A stretch of 64,000 bases of DNA from a virus. The stretch lies in IMG/VR virus record IMGVR_UViG_3300045988_167652; one strand, 5' to 3'. The translations under genes and the position numbers were made by a program. The notes below the pieces were generated by a model. The model worked only from the letters and a program-made list of their open reading frames with translations, was not told the DNA's origin and ran no database searches. This document shows positions 1-13,207 of the stretch, in pieces (position 1 is the stretch's first letter; the number at the start of each line of letters is the position of its first letter).

Positions 1-1
1 T

Positions 2-289
2 AAAGATGGTAAATTGATAGCTGACATGGAATATTTCTTCTATAATAATCGTACTGGTGGAGCATAGCATCATTATCCTAAAATGTTTGAATCAACTTTG
101 ATGGTTGATCCTTCTCATGAATTTGATATTCTTGACATTGGTTATTATCAATCTGGTGAAGGTATTAATTCTGACAGGTCTGAAGTTGTTCTTACTATAG
201 TAATGGATGAGACAGCTAAACCTAATTTAAGTGATGATGTAAAAACAGGTATTAATACTGTTCTCCCTGCCGATAAACAATTACCGTGA
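2..289 (+). CDS. C-terminal part of a late (virion-module) protein; 5' end outside window; TAG read as sense
   Basis: Frame 2 is open from nt 2. The only interruption is TAG at 65-67. It ends at TGA 287-289, followed directly by TAA, and a strong hairpin terminator follows. Identity (capsid-related?) cannot be decided from this fragment. Confidence 0.6.
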
Positions 290-317
290 TAATTAATTTT
301 AACTAAGTAAAGTATTT

Positions 318-354
318 AAGGATAGTAGATTTAATTCTGCTATCCTTATTTTTG
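318..354 (+). terminator. Rho-independent terminator after the first late gene
   Basis: 8-bp stem AAGGATAG (318-325) / CTATCCTT (340-347), followed by ATTTTTG. Confidence 0.7.
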
Positions 355-470
355 TATTTAATAATAAATAAAAATAACATATAAATTAATATAGTATGAT
401 ACACTTTAAATAGTTACAAATAACTCCTGATAATAAGAAAGTTATTATTGAAGCATCCATATCTTAGTCT

Positions 471-980
471 ATGCCTTTTAAAGGATTTTATATAGATGAA
501 ATATTTATAGAACCATATCAAAACTTTACAGACACTCAAACTATGAGTAATAACAAAACTCCTTTTTCTTTAAAAATACACAAAGAAAAGAAGATAAAAC
601 AAGTTAGATTAGAATTGACAAGTATAGATTTTACTAATTACTCCATTAAAAAAGGTGATTTATTATTTGTATATGTAAGAGTAAAATTCATTAAAGAAGA
701 TGCTGGGAATGTTATTCCTACATGTACTTAGGATAAAGAAGTTACTATAGGAGTAGCTTATAATAAATATGATATATACCATAAGATTATAAGCTATATT
801 AAAGAACTTGATTGTTGTGAAGTGCCTAAACATTTTATTAATTGGTATCTTAGATGGAAAGCCATAGAAATAGCTGAAAAAACTTGTAATTATTCTTCTT
901 TAGTAGAATTATGGAAGAAGTTTTCAAGAAGTCCTTTAAAAGGAAATAAGTTAAATTCAAATTGTGGATGTAATGGATAA
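471..980 (+). CDS. Hypothetical late protein (169 codons), one in-frame TAG
   Basis: ATG at 471. Track ORF 471..731 stops at TAG 729-731. The same frame stays open and protein-like to TAA 978-980, with no TAA/TGA in between (read codon by codon). Confidence 0.6.
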
Positions 981-1035
981 TCAAATATTTAACTCTTTAG
1001 ATTAGTACTTTAAGACCTTATCGAATTATGGTTAT

Positions 1036-1218
1036 ATGAGTTATGACCATACTTATGATATGATGCTTATGATTATTGTTCAAGATATTATTACTAACTT
1101 TGCATGTATAATAACTTAGGAAGACTATCAAATGATGAGTTCTTTACTTGAGTGTAAATATGGAACTTCCTGTTTAATGCCTTATCCTGAGTTTAGAAAA
1201 TGTAATAAAACAAAATAA
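1036..1218 (+). CDS. Small hypothetical protein (60 codons), one in-frame TAG
   Basis: ATG 1036, TAG at 1117-1119, TAA 1216-1218. It fills the gap between neighbouring genes. Short, so weakly supported. Confidence 0.35.
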
Positions 1219-1225
1219 TAATATC

Positions 1226-1909
1226 ATGACTTACGGAGAAGCTGTTTATATGATTCTTGATCAATTGAAACTAACATCCGATGATGCTAATTTTAATGAA
1301 AATCATGTTATATTCTTACTTAATAAGTATAGAGCTTTAGCTATTAAAGAAGAATATGAAAGAACTAAAAAGGAACTTGATGAATCAAATAAACAATTAT
1401 TATGTTTAGATTTAATTGAAGTTCCGGCTATTTCAGGAGAAGTATGTGAAGAAGGAACTTATCTTAGAAGCGTAAATAAACTTCCTAAAATTTTAAATCT
1501 TCATCATAATGATATTCAAGTTACTATTATGGATTATTTTAATAGTAACATATCATATGTTTCAGTAGATAGATTTAGATGGGTAGGACATAATAAATGG
1601 CTAAAAAATATTATTTATGCTACTATAGCTCCTGATAATTATGTTTATTTAAAATCTGATAATCCACAGTTTCTTTATCTTGAAAAAATAAAATTATCAG
1701 CCATATTTGAAGACCCTGAAAAAGTACAAGATTTATTATGTGATAAAGAAAATTTTGATACTATATGTGATATACTCGAAAGAGATTTTCCTGTAGAAAT
1801 GGCATTAGTTCCTTCCATACTTGAAAGAGTAAGAAGAGAACTTTATCAATCTTTATATAATAAAGAAGATGAAAATAATAATGCAAAAGATGATTTAGCT
1901 GAAAGATAA
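1226..1909 (+). CDS. Virion-module protein of unknown function (227 aa), TAG-free
   Basis: Intact standard-code ORF ending in TAA, located in the structural block. The N-terminus (ILDQLKLTSDDANFNENHVIFLLNKYRALAIKEEY) resembles small podovirus structural/adaptor proteins by eye only. Confidence 0.7.
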   Translation: MTYGEAVYMILDQLKLTSDDANFNENHVIFLLNKYRALAIKEEYERTKKELDESNKQLLCLDLIEVPAISGEVCEEGTYLRSVNKLPKILNLHHNDIQVTIMDYFNSNISYVSVDRFRWVGHNKWLKNIIYATIAPDNYVYLKSDNPQFLYLEKIKLSAIFEDPEKVQDLLCDKENFDTICDILERDFPVEMALVPSILERVRRELYQSLYNKEDENNNAKDDLAER

Positions 1910-1954
1910 ATTAAAATATAAACTAAAAGACAGTATAGATAATATAGTACAAAT

Positions 1955-2677
1955 ATGGATGGAAATAAGGTAGGGTTTGGGGGGTATGTGGAAATAAGGC
2001 CTAATTGTAATGACATTAAATAGGAAAACAATAGTAATATTATTACAAAAAGAAAAAGAGGAAGACCAAGAAAAGGTGAAGAAGTTATAAAGAAATCAAA
2101 GAGAGGAAGGCATAAAAAAGCAGGTAGAAAAAGAAAGAAAAAACTAAGTAAATATGTAATAGTTAATCATAAAAGAATACTTAGAACTACTTATAATAAA
2201 CTCTTTGTAGAACCTGTAAAACAAACTAAACTTGGTAGATATCATAAAGTACTATATGCTTATCATTATTTTAGATATTGTAGAAAAAACTGTAGAGAAA
2301 AATATAACAGAGGAAATTCAATAAGTGAAAAAGAATTTTATAAACTTTTTAGTAGAGCTATTGAATTAATGACTGAAAGTTTATGTTAGTATCAATATCT
2401 TACCATACCTTATTTAGGAGAAATATCTATAAAACATAATAATAAAATCACTTATAATGGTAAGTATAAAAAATGTATCAATTATCCTAAAACAGTGGAT
2501 AGATTTTAGAAAACAGGAGAGAAGAAAGTAATATATTCCTATATAAAAAGAGATTATAAGATATATTTTAAATGTGGTACAAGACTATATGACAAACTAA
2601 AATTTAAACCTTCAAGATTATTGAAAGATAAAATCGACGAATATAATGAAACACTAAAAAATGAAATTAATATATAA
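1955..2677 (+). CDS. HU/IHF-like DNA-binding protein with a basic AT-hook-like N-terminal region (240 codons, 3 TAG)
   Basis: ATG 1955 is preceded by an in-frame TAA at 1940. TAGs lie at 2021 and near 2387 and 2507; the gene ends at TAA 2675-2677. It contains KRKRGRPRKG (a GRP AT-hook core). The C-terminal half (IPYLGEISIKHNNK...YKIYFKCGTRLYDKL) follows the HU/IHF beta-arm pattern. Confidence 0.5.
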
Positions 2678-2685
2678 TACATACT

Positions 2686-3345
2686 ATGGCTAATATAAGA
2701 GTTATTTTAGATAAATTATCCAGACATCCATTACTAAAGAGATTATCTTTAGATGCTGTAATTGATTATACAGTAGAATTCATGGAAAAAACAAGGGTAC
2801 TTAAAGATTTACAAGAAAAAGAAACTGATCTTGAAGTAAATAGTTATGTAGCATAGTTACCTTGTGATTTCTTTAAAATAAAAAGCATACATTATAATAA
2901 TTATGAAATGCTTCCTTCAACTTCTATAAGAATAAAAGATAAAAATGTTATTCCTACTTATAAAGTAGTAAACAGAAAACTATAGACTTCTATAGAAGAA
3001 GGAAATGTTACTTTAGAATATTATGCTATAGCAACAGACAAAGATGATTTACCTGTTATTCCTGAAAACTCTTTTTTTCAAAAGACACTGTATAGTTATA
3101 TAAAGAAAGAGGAATTTTCAATTCTTTATGATTTAGGTGAAATAAGAAAAGATGTATATGAAGATGCTTGTTAGAAATATGCTTGGGAAGTTGGTTAGTA
3201 TCAGAGTTCACAGCATGAATTAAATGATGGAACTATGTAGAATATAGCTAATATTCAAGGAACAGTTATTCCTGATAAATATAATTTCCATAAGGGTTAT
3301 GGAAATATAAACAGATCATAGAAATTAGTAATACATAATACATAA
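2686..3345 (+). CDS. Virion-module protein (219 codons, several TAG)
   Basis: ATG 2686; frame 1 is interrupted only by TAG and ends at TAA 3343-3345. The translation is protein-like (MANIRVILDKLSRHPLLKRLSLDAVIDYTVEFMEK...). Confidence 0.6.
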
Positions 3346-3395
3346 GACAACTATGAACCTACCCAACAAACTTACACATTTAAATTATTAATACT

Positions 3396-6300
3396 ATGTT
3401 AAAACAATAGCAATATATTATAAGAGGAATGCAAAGAGATGCTTCTCCAAGTAAATTTAATAAAGAATTTGCTTATGAGAATCGTAATATCAGGATTACA
3501 TGTAATGATGATAATACACTATTTTCATGTACTAATGAAAAAGGGCATTTACCTCTTACTTTACTTAATAAAACTCACGGGTGGACTACTTAGCAACATT
3601 ATCTTCCAGGTAAATGTATAGGACAAAATGTATTGAATAACTATCTTACCTTATTTACAAAAGAATATAATACGGATAGAATATACAGATTACACATGGA
3701 AAATGATATAATGTATTATTATTTTTTATTTGAAGGTAATTTAGGATTTGATGAAAACTATCCTATTGAAACTGTAGGAGTATATGAATCTAAAGATATA
3801 TAGAAAGTATATTTTGTAGATGGTAAAAATCAGGCAAGAATGATTAATATTTCAAATTCTGCTATACAAAAACATAATACAATAAGGGAAAATAATCCTA
3901 AAGGAAGTATGCTTAATTTTGTTCCTTTCTTAGAACTTAATGAACAAATTAAAGTTGAAAAAGTATATGGTTCAGGACATTTTTAGTCAGGAACTATATA
4001 GTATGCTTTTTCTTATTATAATCTTTATGGATAGGAAAGTAATATATTTCATGTAACTCCTATATATTATATTACTCATCCTGAAAGAGGTGCATCACCA
4101 GATGAAATATGTAATTGTGTATTTAAAATAGATATAAAAAATCCTGATAGGAGATTTGATTTTTTAAATATTTATTCAATTCATAGGACTGCTTACAATG
4201 GTTAGCCAGTAGTTAAAAATGTAGGTCAAATATCTGTAAAGAATGCTGTAAATACTTTTTATGATACGGGTAAAACAGGTATGTTAGTTGATCCTACTTA
4301 TTTATTATATGCTGGAGGAGAAGAATTAATTCCCTCAACTTTTGCTTATAAAGATGGTACTTTATTTATGGGGAATATACATCTTAAAAGAAAGTTTATA
4401 GATTCAAATGTTAAGAAACAACTTAAATCATATTTAAATGAAATATCTTACAATACATAGAATGAATTACATTATGTATATAATAAATATGAAGTATTGA
4501 AGTAGAGCAACACAAATAGTTCTTTATTTTCACTTAACCTTAATTCAAGATAGATTAAACATTTTAAATATCAAGAAGCAGTAAGATTAGGATTATAGTT
4601 TTAGCATAAATCAGGTAAATGGAGTGATGTAGTACATATAGGAGATTATATTATTAAAGCACCTATAAAAACTAATTATGAAAAGATAGACATACAAATA
4701 CCAGAAATAAAATATAATAAATATACAAATACGTAGTGGTTAAAAGATAATGATTATGTTAAAGTAAGAGCTGTAGTATCTTTTCCTGAAGAATAGTCAA
4801 GATTAGTATTTACTCAAGGAGTACTTAATCCTACTATTTTTAATGCTTAGGACAGATATTTAAATACTTGTTTTTCATAGTCAAGTCCTTTCTTTAGACC
4901 TTTTCCCTCATTTAAAGAGTTTGACTTTAAAAAAATAAAAAGATTTAATTTAGACTTAACTAATTTAGATAGTATAGAAGGATATATAGGAAAAATTGAT
5001 GGGTCAGCTAAAAACAGAAAAAGTGTTCATGGATTTTATTCGGAGAGTGACGATGATTTTAGAAATACTTTAATAGAATTAAATTCATTTGGAAATTATC
5101 ATATAGAAAATAATGAAATAAGTTCACTTAATTTTGAGACTAATGTATCTGAAGGATGTAATTATAATAATTATACTTAGGATTTAGCTACTTATGGAAG
5201 TCATATTCAGTTTAGACATAATGGAGAATTATATCCTAATTATAAAAGAGGATGTGAAATTCAAAATATGTACAACAAACATATCTATGAACATCATGTA
5301 TTTGATATAAAGAATACTAATTTTGATAATGATTATTTTGAAGATGCTGGAAGAAGATTTATTGTACAAACATCAGAAAACTGTTATCTGTATGATGTAA
5401 AGAATAAAAAAAAAGAATTAATAGATGAGTTTATACAAAAAAGATCACATAATTATTATGTAGATTCATCTATTATTACTATGAACTCTCCTGAAATTGA
5501 TTTTAATAATAACTATAAATCAGGAACTTTTGAAGATTTAAATCTTAGAATAGTGGGTTATGTACCTTTAACAAGTAATAATTCCGATAGTTATATTGAT
5601 TTAAAAGGCACTCCCATGAATGTATAGAACACGGGATTACTTCCCTTTAATGTTAATTCTGAAAATATTAATATGATGGGATGGAAAATGAAGGCCACTT
5701 CATTAGAATATCACGATAGATTATTTAATATAGGAACTAATTATGTAAGTAAGAATAGAAGAAGATTTGTAGAAATATATCATTGGAATAATAAATTAAC
5801 TAAAAGATGGATCAATGATAATGGTACAGCCAAACCATTCAAACGTAGGAATATAAGATTTGCAAGTGGTGATGATTATTTAAAAAGAGAGGCAGTACCT
5901 ATACCTAAACAAGCTTTTGATTTTAATCCTATATTCTTTACTTATAATTCAAACAGTCCTTATTATGGTAATGCTATTTATAGATAGAGATCACCTCTTA
6001 CAGGAAGTAAGATTATTTTGTTTAATAGAGAAAATGGGGTATATACATTAACCGATGTATTATTTCCTTCAGATGACTTTGGAACAGTAGTAAATTATAT
6101 TAATTCACAAGCATTCAGTAATGCTATCAGTGTTCCTAATAGTAATTGGATAGAATATGATCCTAATCCATAGGAAGGAGGAGGTGATGGTAATCTTGCT
6201 GCATTTCAAGCTCAAGTAGAAACTACTGTAGGAGTAATACTTCTTCCTGATGATGATTCCGGATGGAACAGTAAAAAAGAAAATGATACTAATAAAGAAG

Positions 6301-9044
6301 AAATCGATTTAAGATTTATGTTTCCTGTGTATCCTTTTCATTCAAATTCTTCCCTACTAAATGATATGAGAAATAAGGGAGAAGCACACTCTTTTCTTAA
6401 TAGTAAAATATTAGCTAATGCAAGAAGATCATCAAATACAGCATATTTTAACTATGAATATATTAATAATAAAGGAAAACATTTATGTGATTTACCTGTA
6501 ATAGATAATCAGTTATGGAATGATGAAGGACAAGTTTTACTTAAACTAAAAAGTCCTAATGATATAAAAAACAAATATAATTGGTTAATCTATAAAGGTA
6601 ATGTAGATACAGTCAGTGTAATAGGCTCTGATAATTCAGCAGATTATGTGGGATATGGAACAAGTGATATTATTTAGTAGATAGATGATTATGTGGAAGG
6701 AAGTACAGATAAAGGAGATTTATCTCATGTACTTTATAGACCATTAAACGATGTAGCTATACAGGATAGCAGATGGAATTTAAGAGATGGTTATCATTTT
6801 AAAGCTATTGAAGGTAGATTATTCCCTATAAAAGGTAGGTATCCTTTATGTATATCAAAGAGATATTTAGAATTTTCTACTAATATATTGAGATCAGAAG
6901 ACCCATAGATTAATGATTCTTATTCAGATAATTCATTTCAAAACAGTATTATTAAAAGTCAGTCATCTATTCTTGAAACATTGGCTTCAGTAAGGGTTAA
7001 TAAAAGATGGGGTAATAATGGTAGGAATGGTGGTGATATATATGCTAAAAGAAGTGCTCAGTATTGTTATACAGATGGTGTAGGAAGAACACCACATTTA
7101 AATTTAGGAGACGGTTTAATATCAAATATTTTATATAGTAATAAACCCGTACAGATTAAATATAAATCAAATTCTCATATGGTATCCGTATTAGATACTA
7201 AAGAACATAAACAATTTACTCTTCCTTCAATTATAAATAATACAAATGAGGTATCCGTATGGTCTGATGAAAGTATAAAATTCGGTACTCATTTAGTTGC
7301 TAATTATCCTGAAGACATTGAAAACAGTATAACTAATTTCTTTACTTTTTGGGATGATAAATATAAAGGAATAGATAAAAAATATATTAATGTTTCTTAG
7401 GCTATTAATGGAACTTCAGAATTAGCCGATCCTTCTTTAGGTTATTCAATTACTGATGTAAAAAATAATTTTAATGGAGAAGAATGGGAATTTGATCATA
7501 TAAGAACTATTGGTTATGGTTATTTATGGATGGGTGAATATTATAGACACCCTCCACATAAACTATCAAATTTATTTGGTGGAGATAGTGAAGAAGCATT
7601 AGCCAATAATAAATGGTATGTTGCAGGAGACAGTGAAAATATTAAAGACGGATTAATAGAATGTACTTTTAAAGAGGGAGATACTTATTATCAAAGATAT
7701 GATTGTTTAAAGACTGTTCCACAAAGTGAAGATGATCAGAATAAGATAGTGGAAATATTATCTTTTATGGTAGAAACAAGAGTTAATATTGATGGTAGAT
7801 ATGATAAAAACAAACATACAACAAAGAATACAATAGTTAGAAACACTAACTTTAACTTAATGAATTCTGCATATAATCAGCAAGATAATTTCTTTCCTGT
7901 ATTTTATCATAATAGTAATTTATATGATACTTCATATTTTCCTTCTTAGCTTATAATTTCAAAAACTAAAAATCCAAGTGAACTTGTAGACACATGGTGT
8001 AATATAACCTCAGCTAATACTTTAGATTTACTGGGAGATAAAGGAAATATTAAAGCTATTAGAAAGTTTGGTAATTCAATACTTGCTTTTCAAGATAGAG
8101 CTATAGCTCATATATTATTTAATGAAAGAGTTCAAATACCTGTTAGTGATGGTGTACCTGTAGAAATAAGTAATGGTGGAAAGTTACAGGGATATAGATA
8201 TATTAGTGATAAAGTAGGTACATCTAATAAATGGTCTATTAAAGATACTTCTAAAGGTATTTATTTTATGGATAATATGAACAAATCTTTATGTAGATAT
8301 ACTAACACCATAGAAAATTTATCGGAAATAAAAGGATTTGAAAGTTATATGAACTCTTTATATAAAGGTAATCATAGACATAATAAATCATGGATACCTT
8401 TTAATGGATAGCCTAATACTTTTATCACTTTTTATGACAGTATATTAGGAGATATATACTTTCAAAAAGAAGATGAATCATTATGTTTTAGTGAATAGAT
8501 GGATAGTTTTATGACTTTCTTTGATTATAAAGAAGTGGCTTGGATGGGTAATATATCGGATAATTTAATAGCTATAAAAAATTTTGAAGACAGAGTATAG
8601 TTATATAATTGTCATAAGGATAACTATTGTAGTTTCTTCAAAGAATGGAATTATGATACTAATACTTATATAGAAGATAATCATGATTTTTCAGTTTGTA
8701 TATTAGCTAATCCTGATATGCCTTATGATAAAGTATTCGATACTTTAGAGTGGAGAGCAGACAGTTTTAATGAGTAGAATGAACTAATAAATAATGAAAC
8801 ATTTAATACTATTATAATAGAAAATGAATATCAAAAAGCCGAATCTATATTATAGTATAAACCTTATGGTAAATCAAATCTTTAGAAGAAATTCAGAGTG
8901 TGGGGAGCTACTATACCAAGAAAAAACTATATGGAAAGAATAAGAAATACTTGGGCATATATTACTTTAAAACATAAGTATACTTTAGGCTACCCTAATA
9001 AGAAAATAGAATTACATGATATTGTTTTATCATATACTGTATAA
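3396..9044 (+). CDS. Very large tail structural protein (1,882 codons) with many TAG sense codons
   Basis: I checked frame 0 codon by codon over 3396-5267 and found 17 TAG and no TAA/TGA. Track ORFs at 5268, 5673, 6318, 6693, 6981 and 7530 are all in frame 0 and joined only by TAG. The gene ends at TAA 9042-9044. N-terminal RGMQRDASPSKFNKEFAYENRNIRI and C-terminal KFRVWGATIPRKNYMERIRNTWAYITL resemble large podovirus tail proteins (recognised by eye, not searched). Confidence 0.75.
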
Positions 9045-9066
9045 TAACTTATAATAGATTACCACT

Positions 9067-11115
9067 ATGAAAAAACTAAATAAAGGTAAGAACATAAAAA
9101 ACATAAAAGATAATTTTCATAATAACCAAAACAGTTTTAAGTTTGGTGGAATAGCTAATGTGGGAGTACAAGCTACTGGAGATATTATGACTGGAACTAA
9201 TGGTAGTTTTGCTGAAACAAAAGGATATGAAGATTAGTTTAATCAAGAATTAAATAATATAAGAAGTCAATCATTAAATAACCTTGAATTTAATAGTACT
9301 TCAGATATTATGAATTATAATTTATCTCCCGTAAGTTATAATGAACTTGATTCTATTAGTAACAATAAATTCTTTAAAGATTATATAGCTAATGGTATTA
9401 AAGGGGCTTAGGTAGGCTCAGCAGCTGGTCCTTGGGGAGCATTAATAGGAGCTGGAGTAGCATAGATTAAAGGAGGATTATTTAATTGGTATAATAGAAA
9501 CAGAAATAGAAGATTCAATGATAAATTAGCAAGTGAAGCTAATTATATTAATCAGTTAAATCGTAAAGTATATGATAGAGAAATACAAGATTTTAAAATA
9601 AATCAAAGTATGAAAGAATTACTTAATATAGCAGCTATGGGAGGAAAATTAGATATAAAAGATAAAGATATGAATAAAGAAAATAAGTTACCTGATGATT
9701 TTAGTAATGGTGTAACTGTTATTAAAAATGGTGGAACACATGAAAATAATCCTTTAGGAGGAGTACCTTAGGGAATAGGTGAAAATGGCAAGTAGAATGT
9801 AGTAGAAGAAGGAGAAGTAAAGTATAATGATTATATATTCAGTAATAGAATAGTTGCTGATAAACTCCTTCTTAAATAGTTAGGACTAACTGATAAATAT
9901 GAAGATTCTACCTATGCTTACATAGCTGATAAACTATCAAAAGAAAGTAATGAAAGACCTAATGATCCTATTAGTATAAGAGGACTTGAAAATACTTTAG
10001 GTAAATTAAGGGTAGCTTAGGAAATGTAGAAATTAAAAATTGAAGCTAAAGAAAAAGGTATTACTGTACAACAATTAATACAGGAAAAAGTTAATCAAGC
10101 AATGGAATAGAGTAATACCGATCAAAACAATGTTAATCAAACTAATGAAGATAATACTGAAAATCAAAACACATTTGCTACTGGTGGAGATACTACTAAA
10201 GGATTAAAATATGATCCTAATTTAGGATTTATGATTCCCGAAATTACTAAAGAAGCTCCTTATATTAATAGAAAACCTTATTATCTTCCTGTAAATTATA
10301 GTAACATAAATTCATTAGTACCGAACCAACTTACAACAAATCTCCCAACCTCCCAACCTTCAAAATTATCAGATTTAAATAGTGCTTTACAAACTTATGT
10401 AAATAAGAATAGTAGTAATAAATTAAATACTGTGACAAATAATAATAAAGTTAATGTAGGAGATTTAACTTCATTACTTAGGTATGCTCCTGTATTAGCA
10501 AGTATGAATGCTTTAGTTTCTTAGTAGAAACCTAATTATAAATATGCTAAAATGGCAGGAGAAGCAGGTACTACCATATCTCCTAAAATTAATAGTACTT
10601 ATAGTCCTTTCAAAGCATTAAGTACTTATGAACCTATGAATAAAATATTAGCTAATAGTTAGGCAACTGATAGAAATATTATAAATACAAGTGGAGGAAA
10701 TAGATATGCAGCTACAGCAGGATTACTTTCAAATGCTTATAATACTAATAGAGCTATAGGAGATGTATATAATAAAGCTGAGGAATATAATTATAATAGA
10801 TTATTAGATGTTATACAAAGAAATAATACTTTGAAACAACACGAGTCAAATCTTAATTTTTATGCAGATTAGTATAATTCAAAATTATAGCAGAGTAGAG
10901 ATATGGCTAAATTAGGTATTATGCAGTAGATTGATGATGCTTATAATTAGGCAAAAACAGCTAATCTAAATAACTTAACTCAGAATCTGTATAATATAGG
11001 AGAAGAAGCATATACTGCTAATCAAATAAAAAGTAATCCTGCTTTTTATTATGATTTGAATCCTTTTACAGGAACATAGAAATATAAGAAAAATAGAATT
11101 AAAGCAAGTAAATAA
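9067..11115 (+). CDS. Virion internal/ejection-type protein (682 codons), TAG as sense
   Basis: ATG 9067; frame 1 was read through to TAA 11113-11115 with only TAG interruptions. It includes track ORF 10231..10524. Features are a glycine-zipper segment (GSAAGPWGALIGAGVA) and the motif NGGTHENNPLGGVPQG. Confidence 0.65.
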
Positions 11116-11141
11116 TAATAATAGTATAATTATTGATTGAT

Positions 11142-13196
11142 ATGATAAATTATAATCCTATAAATACAGTAGTATTTAAGCCAAGAACTTATTAGGAGAT
11201 GGCAACTCCTATTATGCAGGCTACATAGGCACATCAAGATATAGAAAATCAGTTGGCTGATTTAGCAATGAAATCAGGTTAGTGGAAACATGTTTTATCA
11301 AAAGAAGATGATCCTGAAACTTATTTAAAGTATAATAACTATATAAAAAGATTGAATGAATCTATAGATTAGTTATAGTAGAACGGATTAAATTAGGCTT
11401 CAAGAAGAAGTTTATTAGATTCCAGACAAGGGTATTCTACAGATATTCTTCCTATAGAAACTTCATTTAAAAGAAGAAAAGAATACTATGATGAGCTTAG
11501 AAAAATGAAAGCTCAAGACCCTACTGTAATGACTAATTATAATAAGTTAAGTATAGATAATCTTATTAATAATCCTGATTTTAATCCTTAGTATATTAGT
11601 GGAGCTAAAGTAACTGCTTTAGTAGAAAATCAAGCTAAGAAATTAGCTAATGAATTAAAAAGTAAACCTGGATAGTTACTTCCTACAGATAATAAATATT
11701 TCTTGATGGAATATATTAAAAGAGGATATAGTGCAAATGAGATTGCTAAAGTTATTATGAATGATGAAAAAGCAAGTCCTATACTTAAAGGAATAAGAGA
11801 CAATGTATTAAATAGTTTAGGTATAAATGAATGGTCAAGTATAGATAATACTTGGGATAAAGATACCTTTACTAAAAGTATAGGAAGTTATGCTGACAGT
11901 GGTTTATATGCTGCTATAGGCAATGAAGATTATAAATTACATCAAGACCCTTATCAAATGGCTTTATTAAGTGATTGGTTAGATTCAAGAAAATAGGCAA
12001 GACAATTAGCAAGACAATCAAACAATAGAGGTAGAGGAAATAATAATAATAACAATAATACTGAACCAAAAACATTTGAATTTATATCCAAATTTCCCAC
12101 TCCTAAATCAGCTAATGCTAAAGATATTTATGATAAATGGGAAAAACTGACTAAGTATGAAAAATATCTTGAAAATATAGATGATAATACTTTTAATAGA
12201 GAAGTGGGTGGAAAAGGTAAAGCAGATGCTTATAAAAAAAGTCTAACCGAAATATTAAAAGAAAAACATCCATAGACTTTAGGTAAAACAGCTTTTGGAT
12301 TAATTCCTGTAATAGGTGGAATAGGATCAGCTATCAATTAGGGATTACCTATATTAGGCACTTCTATAGATTATGCGTTGAATAGTGGTAATACTACATC
12401 ACTTAATGCCAAAAGAGAATTTGGACAGGCTACTAATGAACAAATGGGTGGAGGATTACATTCAGAAAGATAGAAAGTATTATATAATATCAAACAAAAA
12501 AAGAAAGAACTTCAACTTCCTTTCGGTAAAGATTTTGATATGAATAATTTAAAAGACATGAAAGAATTGGCTGTTTATGATGATTATTATAAACTAAATG
12601 CCGAAACATGGAATGAAGATTTTGGTAAGTCTATAGCTTCAAATTTATTGGTACATAATCAAAAAGACAGAGATAATAAAACTTCTTCAGGAGTATACTT
12701 AGTAGAAAAAGGTAAAAAGAAATCTCCTGTATCTACTAATAATATTGTAAAAGAATTACATAATGGTAAGATTATGGGAGTAACTATCAAAGATCAAAAT
12801 AATATATTTGTATCAATAGCTGATAAAGATGGAACAGTAAAAGATTATAGTTTACCTGTTGAAGGAGTATCATCAGCTCCTATAGAATTAATGAGATTAA
12901 TGAATAAAGGATTTGATCCTAATTTAACTCCTGATGATAGAAATATTAATATAAATCAGGCTGCTAAATTAATTGTAGGAAATACTGTTCAGAATTATAA
13001 TTTTACTGAAGCTAATAACAAACAGTTTGATGCTATGAATACTTCATTAACTACAAATGAAAAAATAAATATTATTTATAATTATTTGTCCTCAACAGGA
13101 TAGTCGGATGAAGATATTAATTATGTAATAAATAATCTTACAAATGATTAGATTGATTAGATTATAGAACAAATAATAAGCAGTTCAAATAATTAA
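11142..13196 (+). CDS. Virion internal protein (684 codons), TAG as sense
   Basis: ATG 11142 in frame 0. Track ORFs 11703..11996 and 12540..13103 share this frame, and the gaps I read contain only TAG. It ends at TAA 13194-13196. Confidence 0.65.
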
Positions 13197-13207
13197 AATA
13201 AGAAGCA

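Noticed and set aside
387-1949. A shared 10-mer TAATATAGTA upstream of two late genes (387-396 and 1940-1949) could be a late promoter.
   Set aside because: The distances to the start codons are inconsistent (75 nt versus 6 nt). It occurs only twice, and an AT-only 10-mer is not very surprising in this composition.
3439-3621. Track ORF of 60 aa in frame 1 (MLLQVNLIKNLL...).
   Set aside because: It is an alternative frame inside the 1,882-codon tail gene. The frame-0 translation (with TAG as sense) is protein-like and continuous for 5.6 kb, whereas this frame gives hydrophobic nonsense and ends after 60 codons.
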